From positions 35,712,001 to 35,776,000 of the forward strand of contig OX597833.1 of assembly GCA_951406725.2 (NCBI GenBank): 64,000 bases of DNA, given 5' to 3'. Below the pieces are notes generated by a model. That model did not search any database, had not been told where the DNA came from, and saw only the letters and a program-made list of their open reading frames with translations. Positions 14,241 to 26,808 of the stretch are shown here, piece after piece; the stretch's first letter is position 1, and each line of letters begins with the position of its first letter. The translations under genes and the position numbers were made by a program. Source of the DNA: Octopus vulgaris. Lineage: Eukaryota.

Positions 14241-14547
14241 AACCTTTTCCAATAGTCCCCCGTGTCAGCTAACTTTTCTTCTTAAATACAAATTTAATGC
14301 TTAATCTCTTCTACGCTGCTGACTGTTCCCCTATACATCAAGCTGTTCCTGATAAAAGGAGACAATGAAGATCGTCAAATTAGGCCCAACACCCTCTACA
14401 TATGCATGTATCTATGTATGTATTACGTATGTATGTATGTATGTATGTATGTATGTATGTATGTATGTATGTATGTATGTATGTATGTATGTATGCATGC
14501 ATGTATTTATGTATGTATGTATGTATGCATGCATGTATTTATGTATG

Positions 14548-14671
<124 letters not shown>

Positions 14672-14790
14672 TACATATACATATACATATATACATATAT
14701 ACATATATACATATATACATATATACATATATATATATATACATACATACATGCATATATAAATATATATATATATATACATATAAATAC

Positions 14791-14837
<47 letters not shown>

Positions 14838-14843
<6 letters not shown>

Positions 14844-15165
14844 GGCGCGTGGCCTGGTGGTTAAGGTATTCGGCTCTCGATCGTAAAGTCGTGAGTTCAA
14901 TCCCCGGCGATGCGTTGTATCCTTGAGCAAGACACTTTATTTCACATTGCTCCAGTCCACTCAGCTAGCAAAAAGGAATACCACCTGTATTTCATCGGGC
15001 CAGCCTTGTCCCACTTCGTGTCACGCTGAATCTCCCTGAGAACTGAATTATAGTTACACGTGTCTGTAGAGTGCTCAGTGAATTGCACGTTAATTTCACA
15101 AGAAAGCTGTTCTGTTGATCGTATCAGCTGAGACCTTCGTCGTCGTAACCGACGGAGTGCTCCTT
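14838..15165 (+). mobile_element. tRNA-derived SINE (family C head/core, tail variant 2)
   Basis: A-box tggcctggtgg, B-box gagttcaatccc, core ccttgagcaagacactttatttcac; 3' half shared with 51982-52370. Confidence 0.88.
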
Positions 15166-15171
15166 GTATAT

Positions 15172-15268
<97 letters not shown>

Positions 15269-15351
15269 TCATACATACATACATACATACATATATATAT
15301 ATATATGCATGTGTGTATATAATATACATAGATATACATACACGCACACAT

Positions 15352-15352
15352 A

Positions 15353-15448
<96 letters not shown>

Positions 15449-15474
15449 AAGAAGAATAATAATAATAATAATAA

Positions 15475-15505
<31 letters not shown>

Positions 15506-15516
15506 AAGAAAAATAA
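15352..15516. repeat. (TAA)n/(GAA)n compound microsatellite
   Basis: Directly visible. Confidence 0.95.
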
Positions 15517-17520
15517 GCAAGTTCGGTAGTTGCCTTAAATTGATCGCAGAGCAATTTCATGCATTGATCAACGGAGAAGAAATCCCAGGCTGGTTGACGG
15601 TCGGTGTTGTGCCTGAAAGATGCATCAAAGGGAAATGCTGCTGGCAATTACAGACCAATTTCCTGCCTCCTAATAATGTAGAAGTTACTGTCAGAAGGAA
15701 TTGCAGAAGAACTGTAAAAATTTCTTGATGAGAATGATATATTACCGACGGAAGAAAAAGCTGTAGAAGGAGATGCAGTACTACCAAATATCAACTATTG
15801 ATGGACAAAATTACAAGATTGCAAACGAAGAACAAATCTGGGAATAGCCCGGATTGACTATCGCCAAATTTATGAGGTGATTCCACATTCGTTTGGAATT
15901 GCAAGGAATGTAACGTGTTTCCCGAAGTGAAGTATGGTGGGATGGAAAACTGAAGTAACACTTTACGAAAAGAGCTTGGGCACCGTGGGTATCAGAAGTG
16001 GAATTTTCCAGGGCGATAGCCTCCGTTGCTTTTTGTTCTCTGTATGAGAAGGTCTGTCGGTGGTGAGGGAAAATCTGGAAGAGGTTACAGAAAACAAATG
16101 CATAATACCTCGAAAGAGAAACAAGTATTGAAAGTGACAGGACAAAGACTGTGTAATCGGAAAAACGATTGGCTAACGAAGATCGAGCTGGAAGGAATGA
16201 AAAGGAGAGTTATATCTGCAGCGGTCACAGTTGAGGACGATGACCACGAGAAGGATGAAATTGTGACGCGCGTGGTGAACTGAAAAGAGCTTAAAAGAGT
16301 GTCGATGATCAGAAGAACCAAAGGAATGAAACGAATAAGATGGTTAGTGAGATCATGAAAGAGAGTAACGTGAACCAACCACTGGGACAGAAAAATGTGG
16401 GTAGAACATGTCTGAATGAATGAGCAAGAAAGAATGCACGAATAACATTGGTGCCTTCGGCTGCGTTTGCTGCAAGGAAAATAGAATTTGTAAATCCATT
16501 GAATGTGAAAATATGGAAGAAACCTTGGTGGAAAAGTCAATTAACGAATTAAGAAAGCATGTTAACATCTTGGGACGTAAAAAAGAGGGGGAAATAAAGA
16601 AGTAGTAATGTCTTGAAATTGAAAAGAAGTATAGCACACTGGACAAGGATATAAACGTCGTTATTGAGGAATTGAAACAAAGGATGCAGGCCAAGGCGTC
16701 CAAGCTGAAAAGATCGGAAAAAAGAACACAATACTACAGAATCAATAGGATGTTTCAGTCAGCATGATCAGAAAAAAGAGTACCAAGACCTCAAGAGTAA
16801 AAGTAAGAAAAGAGTGAGACTGGATAGAGAAGAAAGCAAAAGATTTTGGTCAAACACCTGGGATAGTAGGATATAGCATAATAAAAATACTGAATGGCTG
16901 AAGGAATTCAGAGTGAATAAAACAAATGTGAAACAAAGTGATATTGAAATGGCAACAGAAATAGCATGCATGCAAACCAAGGAACACCCAATTGGAAAGC
17001 TACTGGATTTGATGAGGTCCAGGGCTTTTGGTGGAAGAAAGTCACGTCTTAACATGAACGAGTCGCAGCTCGAATAAATGACATTTTAAACAACCAGGCA
17101 GAGATATCCATAAGGATGACAGCGGGTAGGAGTGTTCTCTGTTAGAAGCACCCTGCTAAAGGCAATGTAGTAGATAATTATAGACCCATATCTTCCTTGC
17201 CACTAATGTGGAAACTTATAACAGTAATTAGCTCTGAGACATTATATAAATTCTTTGAGGAGAACGAAATTCTACCAGAAGAGTAGAAAGGAGTAAAATG
17301 AATGGCAGGGGTACAAAAGATCAATTTCTGATTGACAAAACAATCCTTATGAATTGTGAAAAGAGATATGAGAATTTAACCAAGCACTATAGGAAAACCT
17401 ACGACATGGTCACCTACAACTATATATTGGAGAGAGATTGAGCTTGCAAATGGCCAGTTCATTAAAGATGAGGTAAAGGAAGAATACAAGTATTTGGGAG
17501 TGTTTGAGTTGGATGTTCCT
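15517..17520 (+). mobile_element. Two head-to-tail R4/Dong-like fragments (RT 15517-16040; N-terminal region plus RT 16040-17520)
   Basis: NYRPISCL / [14 protein letters not shown] twice, IDY, GIFQGDSL, ELKQRMQAKASKLKR, YKYLG motifs; many stops. Confidence 0.82.
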
Positions 17521-17899
17521 ACACTCTAAAGATTCTGCCATTTGAATACAGAGCGATGGAATTATCCTCTAAGTATTCGTTTCGTGTCTGGGAATTGCTG
17601 ACATATAACGGTATTTTGAACATATGTTGTCTCGCGTAGAACGGATGTGGCTATCGGCCGAGTGTACCGTGAAAATCATCCCGTCATCCTCGAGTAACTG
17701 GGCGAGGCCAATAGTTTTTCCTGTCCTGTGCCAACGGAGAAACAGGTTATGAGGTAAATGAGGCTACGTTAAAAGAACTAATTAACACTTACCATTTGGT
17801 CCCAGGCCTCATCGCCTTTTTTCATGTGGAGGGGAAATTTCTTTCCTTCATTAAATTTATCAAAATGTTTGTACGAGAGGGCGTTACATATAGTGTTTT

Positions 17900-19000
17900 T
17901 GGGGTGGGTGGGTGGGTAGGTTATATATGGAATAAACGCATCTCAGTTAGCCGAGATAAATTATATGGGTCTCAATGTGTAGTTTTCAGGGATTTAAACG
18001 AGGCAAGTATACAGGCCATGCATGCGCTATATATAATTCTGACACTGTATTTGACGAAATACAAGTTACCGTCAAGGATGGTTAGGACGACGTGAGCTAT
18101 TGACTCGTCTTTACCTTCATTATACAGTTCTGGTAAACGTGGATGATGATGTAACGTAGTATGACATGTTGGGCGAGGCCACAACGAACATTCAAATCAT
18201 TATGACCCTCAATGACCGTAAAACCATTCCAACACTGTTCTCCGTCAATGGCATGGAAAATAAGGCGATGATACAGTTGCTACACATGTGATGACAAAAA
18301 CCAGCAGATAAAGAAAAGAACAGAAACGGAATTGTCGACCACAGGTTGCAGCGAATTTGCCGTTCTTGACTTATCTGTTGAGGGAAACATCCCCGTCTCA
18401 CCATCAATCAGAAATTATTAGGGGACTAAAGGAGAAGATGTAACCAGCAGCAAACTTTACTCTCCCACAACAATAAACAATAGCAGCACCACCTCAACGT
18501 CTTATGGTGATGCAAGAGAAGTCATGGTAACGATAAAAATTTGCCAAGCTGTTGCAGAGAACCCGAATAGGAAAGATAGGAGAAATTATTCCCAGTAAAA
18601 GAAAATGAAAAGTGAACCCCAACAAAAAGGTGAGATAGAGTACTCGTCTCATAACAGCTTGAAACCAAAGATGAAATAAAATATACGATCCTACTTAGAT
18701 GAAACAAGTGCTTCGTAGATGAAATAACAGATTTCTGACGTTCCGACATTCCCTGGAATATAGTAAACATTTAAAAACAATATCCAAATAAAATATCAGA
18801 ATTTATTATAATCTGCCAAAGCATAATGATTCAGAGGCTGATCAACTTAGATAAGAAGAAAAAAAGATAAAAGAAAAAGAAAAGGTGACGGGCGACATTA
18901 AGTGTTTCAAAGCTCGTGTACCAGCAATGTAGGACAGCTAGGCAGATGTATGGGGGCATTCTAGATCGGTTTTGCTAATGGTTTCTCACTATTATGTGGA
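17900..19000 (+). mobile_element. Possible very old L1/Tx1-like ORF2 C-terminal remnant
   Basis: Weak peptide resemblance (RDKLY..C..HAL) to 61290-61760; by eye only. Confidence 0.25.
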
Positions 19001-19289
19001 CAAGAAACCCAAGATGCTTTCTCTATTTTATTTTCAGCATAAAATATTATTAATTACTTTTAGTTATTGAGTGCTTTTGGAGGCGATTGATTTGTCGATA
19101 CTAGTACAAATACAAACTAAGATACCATAATTAGCAAATCCAAAATAACCGGGTTGCAAACGTTTGCGACAAGAGGAGGAAATTAAATTGCCATCTCAAG
19201 AATTAAAAAATGCTAACCCCCACCTCTTATGGGTTTTGGACGAAACGTAGTATACATTCCAAACCTCATACAAGATAACAATTTGGAAG

Positions 19290-19451
19290 CGCTAGGAGTG
19301 GCTGTATGGTAAGTAGCTTGCTTACCAACCACATGGTTCCGGGTTCAGTCCCACTGCGTGGCACCTTGGCTAAGTGTCTTCTACCATAGCCTCGGGCTGA
19401 CCAATGCCTTGTGACTGGATTTGGTCTACGGAAACTGAAAGAAGCCCGGCG

Positions 19452-19513
<62 letters not shown>

Positions 19514-19577
19514 TTTGTCCCGCCAACGGTGCTCCAGCATGGCCACAGTCAAATGACTGAAACAGAGTAAAAGAGTA
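19290..19577 (+). mobile_element. SINE family B copy with internal (TA)n(TG)n, internally deleted
   Basis: ggagtggctgtatggtaag A-box, gggttcagtccc B-box, tail ggtgctccagcatggccacagtc. Confidence 0.9.
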
Positions 19578-19659
19578 TACAAAACGTTAGGAATGAAATA
19601 CCAAAGAATTGAACGAACGGCATAGAGTAGTGAGAATAAAAATTGTTGAAGTCCCACCC

Positions 19660-19990
19660 CACTCCCCCCAAAAGTAAGCAGCTAGTTAATGGCGGCGGTC
19701 GGCTTCGACATAAAACCAAAGATAACATTCTGCAGTTCCAGACGCTGCAGAAACAAAATTGGTCGGGATGAAGCTATTGTTCCAATTGAATCAACAAAGT
19801 CTAGAATTCATCTCTGACCTGATCAGTAGGCCAAGCAGCATTAAGGTGTAAGTGACCGTCGAGAGCAGAAAGCCAAGATGTCATTTGTGTTATGGCACAA
19901 ACCATATCAATACTTTCTGTCCACAACAAAGGAGGGGAGAAGAACGACCACCAAACCACCACTTCTGCCAACGTTGTTGCCACAACAGTA
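19660..19990 (+). pseudogene. Gag-like ORF1 remnant of a non-LTR element with CCHC zinc knuckle
   Basis: 19879-19920 translates CHLCYGTNHINTFC (C-x2-C-x4-H-x4-C), preceded by VTVESRKPR. Confidence 0.6.
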
Positions 19991-20003
19991 ATAATACTAA
20001 CAA

Positions 20004-20452
20004 GGCGGCGAGTTGGCAGAAGCGTTAGCCCGCCGGGCAAAATGCTTAGCTGTATTTCATTTGCCGTTACGTTCTGAGTTCAAATTCCGCCGCGGTTTAT
20101 TAAAGGAGTAAAAAGTAGAAAGGAGTAAAAAGATTGACAAAACAATCCTTATGAATTGTGAAAAGAGTAACGTAAATCACACTACTCTAAATACAATCAA
20201 CGTAGAGTTAACTAAGCGCATTCATCAACCCACATGAAACCACAGGTAGCAATGTTAATCTACAAATAAAAATTTACATATATATAAACGGGCTTATACT
20301 GTATCTTCATAAGCTCGTCTCCTTTCATTCTTTCGGGGTCGATAAATTAAGCAACAGTTACGCACTGGGGTCGATGTAATCGACTTAATCCCTTTGTCTG
20401 TCCTTGTTTGTCTCCTCTATGTTTAGCCCCTTGTGGGCAATAAAAAAATAGG
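20004..20452 (+). mobile_element. SINE family A interrupted by a 223-bp templated insertion (20098-20320)
   Basis: Head ggcggcgagttggcagaagcgttagc; body resumes at cctttcattctttcggggtc. Confidence 0.88.
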
Positions 20453-20951
20453 TAACAATACCAACAACATAAACAGCGGGTGAACCAACGTCATAGTGTA
20501 GTCCAAAACTGTAACAACGATATGGACACGAAAATTAGAAATTACAAAGGCAGCAGAAACAGCAGCCGTCATGCAACAGTAGCACCAGCAGCATGAGCAG
20601 CAGTAGCAACAACAAAAACAACAGAAGAAGAAGGAGACCACCAAAAGTGGAAGAACAGTAAAAATGGACCGAAGAGAAACACCGCCCTCAAGAGCCACCA
20701 AATCACCAACAACAGCAACTGAAACCCCCTAAAGCACAACAAAAAATCTAAAAGACAATAACCTACCAAAACAATTCCCACCCCATTTGGGACCACCCAG
20801 ACATCGTGTGGTGAAGTTGGAGGAGAAACTAACGAAAGTTAACAAGTTACAAGCAAGAAAAAATGGGAAAATAAAAATGCTGGGATGTGAAAAAGGATGA
20901 AAGAAACACCTCTCAACTATGACACACCAATACTATCACCATCAGCAAGAT

Positions 20952-21269
20952 TAATACTACCGACACTGTCATCACCAACACAAGCATCTCCACAAAAGGG
21001 AAAACTATATTATACATCTAAAGCAAGGACAACCGCTGAGTAACATAAATTACACTACTCTAAATACAATCAACGTAGAGTTAACTAAGCGCATTCATCA
21101 ACCCTAATACTACCGACACTGTCATTACTAACACAACCACCACCACAAGCATCACCACAAAAGGGAAAACTATATTATACATCTAAAGCAAGGACAACCG
21201 CTGAGTAACATAAATTACACTACTCTAAATACAATCAACGTAGAGTTAACTAAGCGCATTCATCAACCC
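20952..21269. repeat. Direct tandem duplication (20952-21104 / 21105-21269)
   Basis: taatactaccgacactgtcat...gcattcatcaaccc twice; second unit about 12 bp longer. Confidence 0.92.
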
Positions 21270-21364
21270 ACATGAAACCACAGGTAGCAATGTTAATCTA
21301 CAAATAAAAATTTACTTATATATAAACGGGCTTATACTGTATCTTCATAAGCTCGTCTCCTTAA

Positions 21365-21760
21365 ACGTTCAGAATAATTTTTCCATCGTTTGTTTTTACT
21401 GTTTTGTTCTCATTGTTCTGTTCTTGTTACCACTTTCACCCTCCGCAAAACATCCCAAATTTTATTTAATTTGCTTTGCGGGAAGGACTGTTTCAACGAA
21501 GTCGCGCCTTGTCCTTGCCTTCGACCCGTGGAGTAGTTGACATAGGGACAACTGAAGAAGGGAAGTATTCTTTATGTTGTATGTCTCGTTTCTCTGTTTA
21601 TTTTTATCGTTGTCCGAAAAAAAATTTGTCTCTATGTTTTTGTTTTGTGCTTTCGTTTCTCATTGTGTTCAACGTCTTTTTGATGTCCTGTAACCATTTA
21701 TGCATGTATATATACATATATATGTAGCTATGTACATATACGTGTGTATATAAGCATATA
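21365..21760 (+). mobile_element. Second copy of the 7245-7680 interspersed repeat
   Basis: Homologous to the reverse complement of 7245-7680; 3' end runs into TA-rich microsatellite. Confidence 0.65.
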
Positions 21761-21830
21761 TTTATATATTATTTATATTATCATATGATCGAACGCCACG
21801 CATCCTTTTCCAAGTAAGTTCTATATATAT

Positions 21831-22211
<381 letters not shown>

Positions 22212-22250
22212 TATATGTATATACATATATATATATGTATATACATACAT

Positions 22251-22301
<51 letters not shown>

Positions 22302-22347
22302 CATACATACATACATACATACATAGGGTGAGGTAGTTAATTGGATG

Positions 22348-22403
<56 letters not shown>

Positions 22404-22409
22404 TACATA

Positions 22410-22542
22410 TTGGTTTCAAACTTTGGCACGCAGACAGCATTTCTGGAGTGGGAATAAGTTGATTACATGGACCCCAGTGATCAACTGGTACTTATTTTAT
22501 CGGCTCTGAAAGGATGACAGCAAAGTCGAACTCGGCGAAATT
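22410..22542 (-). mobile_element. SINE family A 3' part (aaatttgaaacc-type tail)
   Basis: ggtacttattttatcg..gaaaggatga..caaagtcga core in reverse. Confidence 0.75.
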
Positions 22543-23221
22543 AGAGATAAATATTACATATTAATGATTGTTTTTAAGTCAACTAATATGTAAAACAATT
22601 TAGCATTACATGGAAGGATTACACAGGAGTACCTATTTATTGACTTTTACAAGGAAAATATTGACAAGAATTTCGAAGTTTCAGTGTTCTTGCCTTCATC
22701 AAACTGTTTCGCGAAGGTAAACAAATCTTCATAGCACGTCTGATGAAGGCGAGCAAGATGAAATAAATAAAATCAATGAAAAGTAACAAAAGCAGAAATA
22801 CTCTCAGCCTTCTACCCCATGAAAGTAAAAATGTTTTTCCTCACACACAAGAGGAAAAATTGCATCACTTTCTGACTCACCCCAGTATGTATGTGTGTGT
22901 GTGTGTGTGTAGTGAAGTCTCCTGTGGTAGATGACAGATGAGGGTCACGCAATTTCCTGCTGAACAATCTGCACATATGATCTGTTTGTAGCATGCAAAT
23001 GTTTGTGTGCTGTACATCACCTCACTCCCTGCATCAAATCGACATTGCTTGTATAGGTGCTCAGTGTACCACACGTCAGACAGCGAAAAGTTGGCAAAGC
23101 AACGTGAAATTAAGCATTTTGCTAAAAAAAACAAAAAAAACAACGCACCACCTGGTCTGGGTATCGAAACTACGATCTCAAACTCACTAACACATATGTC
23201 TGTATATATATATATATATGT

Positions 23222-23494
23222 CTTTTCTTTTATCCTTTACTAACGACGTTCCAGTCGTTAGACTGCAACCATTCTGGGGCGCTACCTTGAAGAACATTTA
23301 GTCGAAAGAGTCGACACTTGAAAATGTTCTATTTCATTAAACCTGATACTTATTCTAAGTACCGTTAAGTTCTGGGGACGTAAACACACCAAGTCCGGTT
23401 GTCAAGTGGTGGTGGGGTACGAAGACTAACAAACACACGTACACGCACACAAACAGAAACACATTTACACACAAACACACGCGCGCACACACAC

Positions 23495-23538
<44 letters not shown>

Positions 23539-23690
23539 AACGGGAGTCTTCAGTTTCTGTCTGCCAAATCCACTCACAAAGCTTTGCTGTGCCGGTGGCT
23601 ATAGGAGAAGACATCTGCCCTAAGTGCAATACAGTGAGACTGAAACTGGAACCGTGTGTTTGGGAACCACACCACGCGTTTGAGAGTATG
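23222..23690 (-). mobile_element. SINE family B, diverged copy
   Basis: cagtttctgtctgccaaatccactcac body, internal (CA)n, degenerate tail. Confidence 0.78.
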
Positions 23691-23744
23691 TGCATGTGTT
23701 TGTGTGTATATATATATATATATATATATACCCTTTTACTCATT

Positions 23745-24044
23745 TACTCATTTACTTGTTTCAGTCATTTGACTGTGGCCATGCTGGAGCACCGTCTTTA
23801 GTCGAGTAAATCGACCCCAAGATTTATTGTTTGTAAACCTAGTACTTACTCTATCGGTCTTTTGCCGAACCGCTAAGTTACGGGGAGGTAAACCCATCAG
23901 CATCAGTTGTCAAACGATGTGGCGGGGACAAACACAGACACGGAAACATATACACAAACATACATACATACATACATACATACATGCATACATGCATACA
24001 TACATACATACATACATACATACACACACACATACATACATACA

Positions 24045-24080
<36 letters not shown>

Positions 24081-24580
24081 TATAGTCATAAAATACAGTG
24101 TACATTTAAACACATAAGGAATCCACTCATGGAATTCAACATGCTAGAAAGAACAGCTAGGTTCTATAACCACAAAATTAGGGATAAATGAAATGAAAAA
24201 ATGAAGACATTTTACCATCTAGTTTTCTGGTTATAGAAACTAGCTGTTCTTTCTAGTGTGTTGAATCCCACGAGTAGATTCCTTATGTGTTTAAATGTAC
24301 ACTGTATTTTATGACTAATACATAGTCTTTGGACTAAATTTTTACACGTTAGGCCACTGGAAATGAAAATTTCTATTAATTTCCATTTCCCTTTGATATG
24401 ATTAAGTATATATATAAACGACGGGCTTCTTTTAGTTTCCGTCTACCAAATCCACTCACAAGGCTTTGGTCGGCCCGAGGCTATATTAGAAACACTTGCC
24501 CAAGGCGCCACACAATGGGGCTGAACCCGGAACCATGTGGTTGGCAAGCAAGCTTCTTACCATACAGCCACTCCTACGCC
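23745..24580 (-). mobile_element. SINE family B copy whose internal microsatellite hosts fold-back copy 3
   Basis: Tail half 23745-23945 and head half 24418-24580 are collinear. Confidence 0.85.
24083..24407. mobile_element. (TA)n-anchored fold-back element, copy 3: ~99-bp arms (24083-24317) plus ~90-bp tail
   Basis: tagtcataaaatacagtgtacatttaaacacataaggaatc... pairs with ...gattccttatgtgtttaaatgtacactgtattttatgacta. Confidence 0.8.
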
Positions 24581-24677
24581 TCTGAGAAAAATAATCACAA
24601 AATGCGAAACCGATGATGATGCTTTGCATGTAAAAAGGTCCAGATTCCATTAAATTTATATAATAGAATTAAATATA

Positions 24678-24892
24678 AGGCAGCGAGCTGATAGGGTCGT
24701 TAGCACGCCGGACAAAATGCTTAGCGTATTTCGTTTGTCGTTACGTTCTGTGTTCAAATGCCACCGCGGTTGACCTTGCCTGTCATCCTTTCAGGATCGA
24801 TAAAATAAGTACCAGTTGAGCAATGGGGTTGATATAATCGCCTTAGCCGCTTTCCCGAAATCGCTGGCTTTGTACCAAAATTTGAAACCGAT
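24678..24892 (+). mobile_element. SINE family A (aaatttgaaacc-type tail)
   Basis: aggcagcgagctg..gttagcacgccgg..gttcaaat..gataaaataagtacc. Confidence 0.85.
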
Positions 24893-24899
24893 ATGATAG

Positions 24900-26450
24900 A
24901 ATTAAAGCTAGATATCAATTACAAAAGTACAGAACAAGCTCATAATACTGTTTATGTTAACAACAATGTCCAGAAATTAAGCATAATGACAAAATTGAAA
25001 GTTAATTAAAAGTATGGGTTAATGGCCAACACGAAAGAAGTGCTGTAATGAAAGTTGACCTTTGGAACAGATTCTTCAGAATTTCAGACAATTGAACAAG
25101 GGTTTGGAATGTTCAAGAAAAGAGCATCTTTGCATAACATTACTTTAAATTAACCGGAGGAATAACTTGTGTGAATAACGAAACGGCAATAAAATTTATA
25201 GAGAATTCGGCTGAGATTGTTGAAATAGAGGGTTATACTACTAAAATGTTTATTTTATGTAGTTGAGACTGCAACATTTTGAAAGATGTTGTCTGAAAGA
25301 ACATACTAATGAAAAACATATATGTTGGGCATAAATCAACGAAGGACATATTAACAGTACTTGGTGGTGGTAATGTAGCTGTGAAGTTTAAAGGAATGCA
25401 ACCGATCATTTGCAAACCAAAAGCATTGTTTGGGTTTCTGCAGATATGTTTAGTCTATATTTTGTTCCTAGTGAAAAATAGGAAGGCATTGTTGTTAAGG
25501 AGGGCATTGTTACTTTTAGATAAACAGTTCTCAACTGGGGCCCATATGGCCCTTGAGGGTCCATATAAGCTTTTGTCGTTAAAATTTATGTGCAATAAAT
25601 TCCTTATACTTCTACAAAATACAAAATATTTAGATTTTTTTATACAATTCTTATTAATATTTGATTGTAAAAAGACAGTAGGATTTTTTTCATATACATC
25701 GAATGTTAATAAGGATTCAGTAGAGTAAAATTGGAATGAAAGGGGTCCACAGGCAAAACATGGCTAAGAACCACTGTTTTAGATAATTCTTCTAGACCTA
25801 AAGGGCTACAAAATCTTTATCCTGAAACTAACGTGATATTTTTTCCTCCGAGTAACGGAAGTGGAATTGAGCCAATAGATCAAACTGTAATACCAACTTT
25901 CAAGAGACATTATGTGAAGGAAGCTGTTAGATGGGTTTTGAAAATAACGAATAATAAGGACAAAGCGAACGTAAATGAGTTCTGGAAAACATAAAATATC
26001 TGCAATGCTATTACTAATACTAAAGACGCTTACAATGCGATGCAGGAACAATTATTACAAGATAGCTGGAGCCATTATTCCCGTATTTAAGCAAATTTTA
26101 AAGATTTTTATGATACCCCTAACGTTTCTAAGGAAAGCATTCTTCTGCTTATGAATCAACTTGACTTGCAAATCATTAACAAGACGAAAATGAGCTAAGT
26201 GCACCCCTTTAACAGCCTACGATCAAAGTAGCTTTGTGATACTAGAAGAAAATAAAGATGATGATCAAGAGGACGTCATTTCCATTAAAGTTTAACTGTT
26301 AAGGAAAGGAATGAATTGTTTACAAACGATAAACAATTGTTGAACATCATAAAAGAATAAAAGCCAAACGCAAAAATAAGTTCGCAAGTTTTTACCAATA
26401 GAAATAAAGATACAGCCTCCAACATTATTTTATCAATATAAATAATGAGG
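24900..26450 (+). pseudogene. Tigger/pogo transposase fossil, interrupted by a hAT MITE
   Basis: FKKRASLHN, GHKSTKDILTVLGGGN (like GFKAAKDRLTLLLGGN), ALLLLDN, FFPPS..IEPIDQTVIPTFKRHY motifs. Confidence 0.8.
25522..25776. mobile_element. hAT (Charlie/MER5-like) MITE with 8-bp TSD
   Basis: TSD ttttagat at 25514-25521 and 25777-25784; ends aaacagttctcaac / ctaagaaccactg; internal ggggtcca motifs. Confidence 0.85.
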
Positions 26451-26776
26451 TGTTTAAGAAACCTGATAAATTTTATAAGCAGATTTATATTTATTCTACA
26501 TTACCTTATTGCATAATTATATCAATAAATAAGTTTATTAAGATTTATGGGCTTTCATATTTCTCATTTTATATTAGCCGCTATGTACTATTTAAATTAT
26601 TCCAGTGGCCTACAAGAGGTATGAGTTTCAATAGGACTGTATTTTTCCCTTATGTTTGTGACACAGTGCACCAGAGAACCTGATAGCTCAAATCGAACGG
26701 AATCTTGTAACTCAAGAACTCAACAATAGTTCGATCGTACATTTTTAACTTGTATGTATGTATGTATGTATGTATG

Positions 26777-26808
<32 letters not shown>

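Noticed and set aside
14840-14910. tRNA-like sequences with A/B boxes (also ~1675, ~44565, ~52300)
   Set aside because: SINE heads continuous with SINE bodies; no proper cloverleaf or terminator
22850-23160. Possible Tc1/mariner end fragments
   Set aside because: No paired TIR or transposase motif could be confirmed
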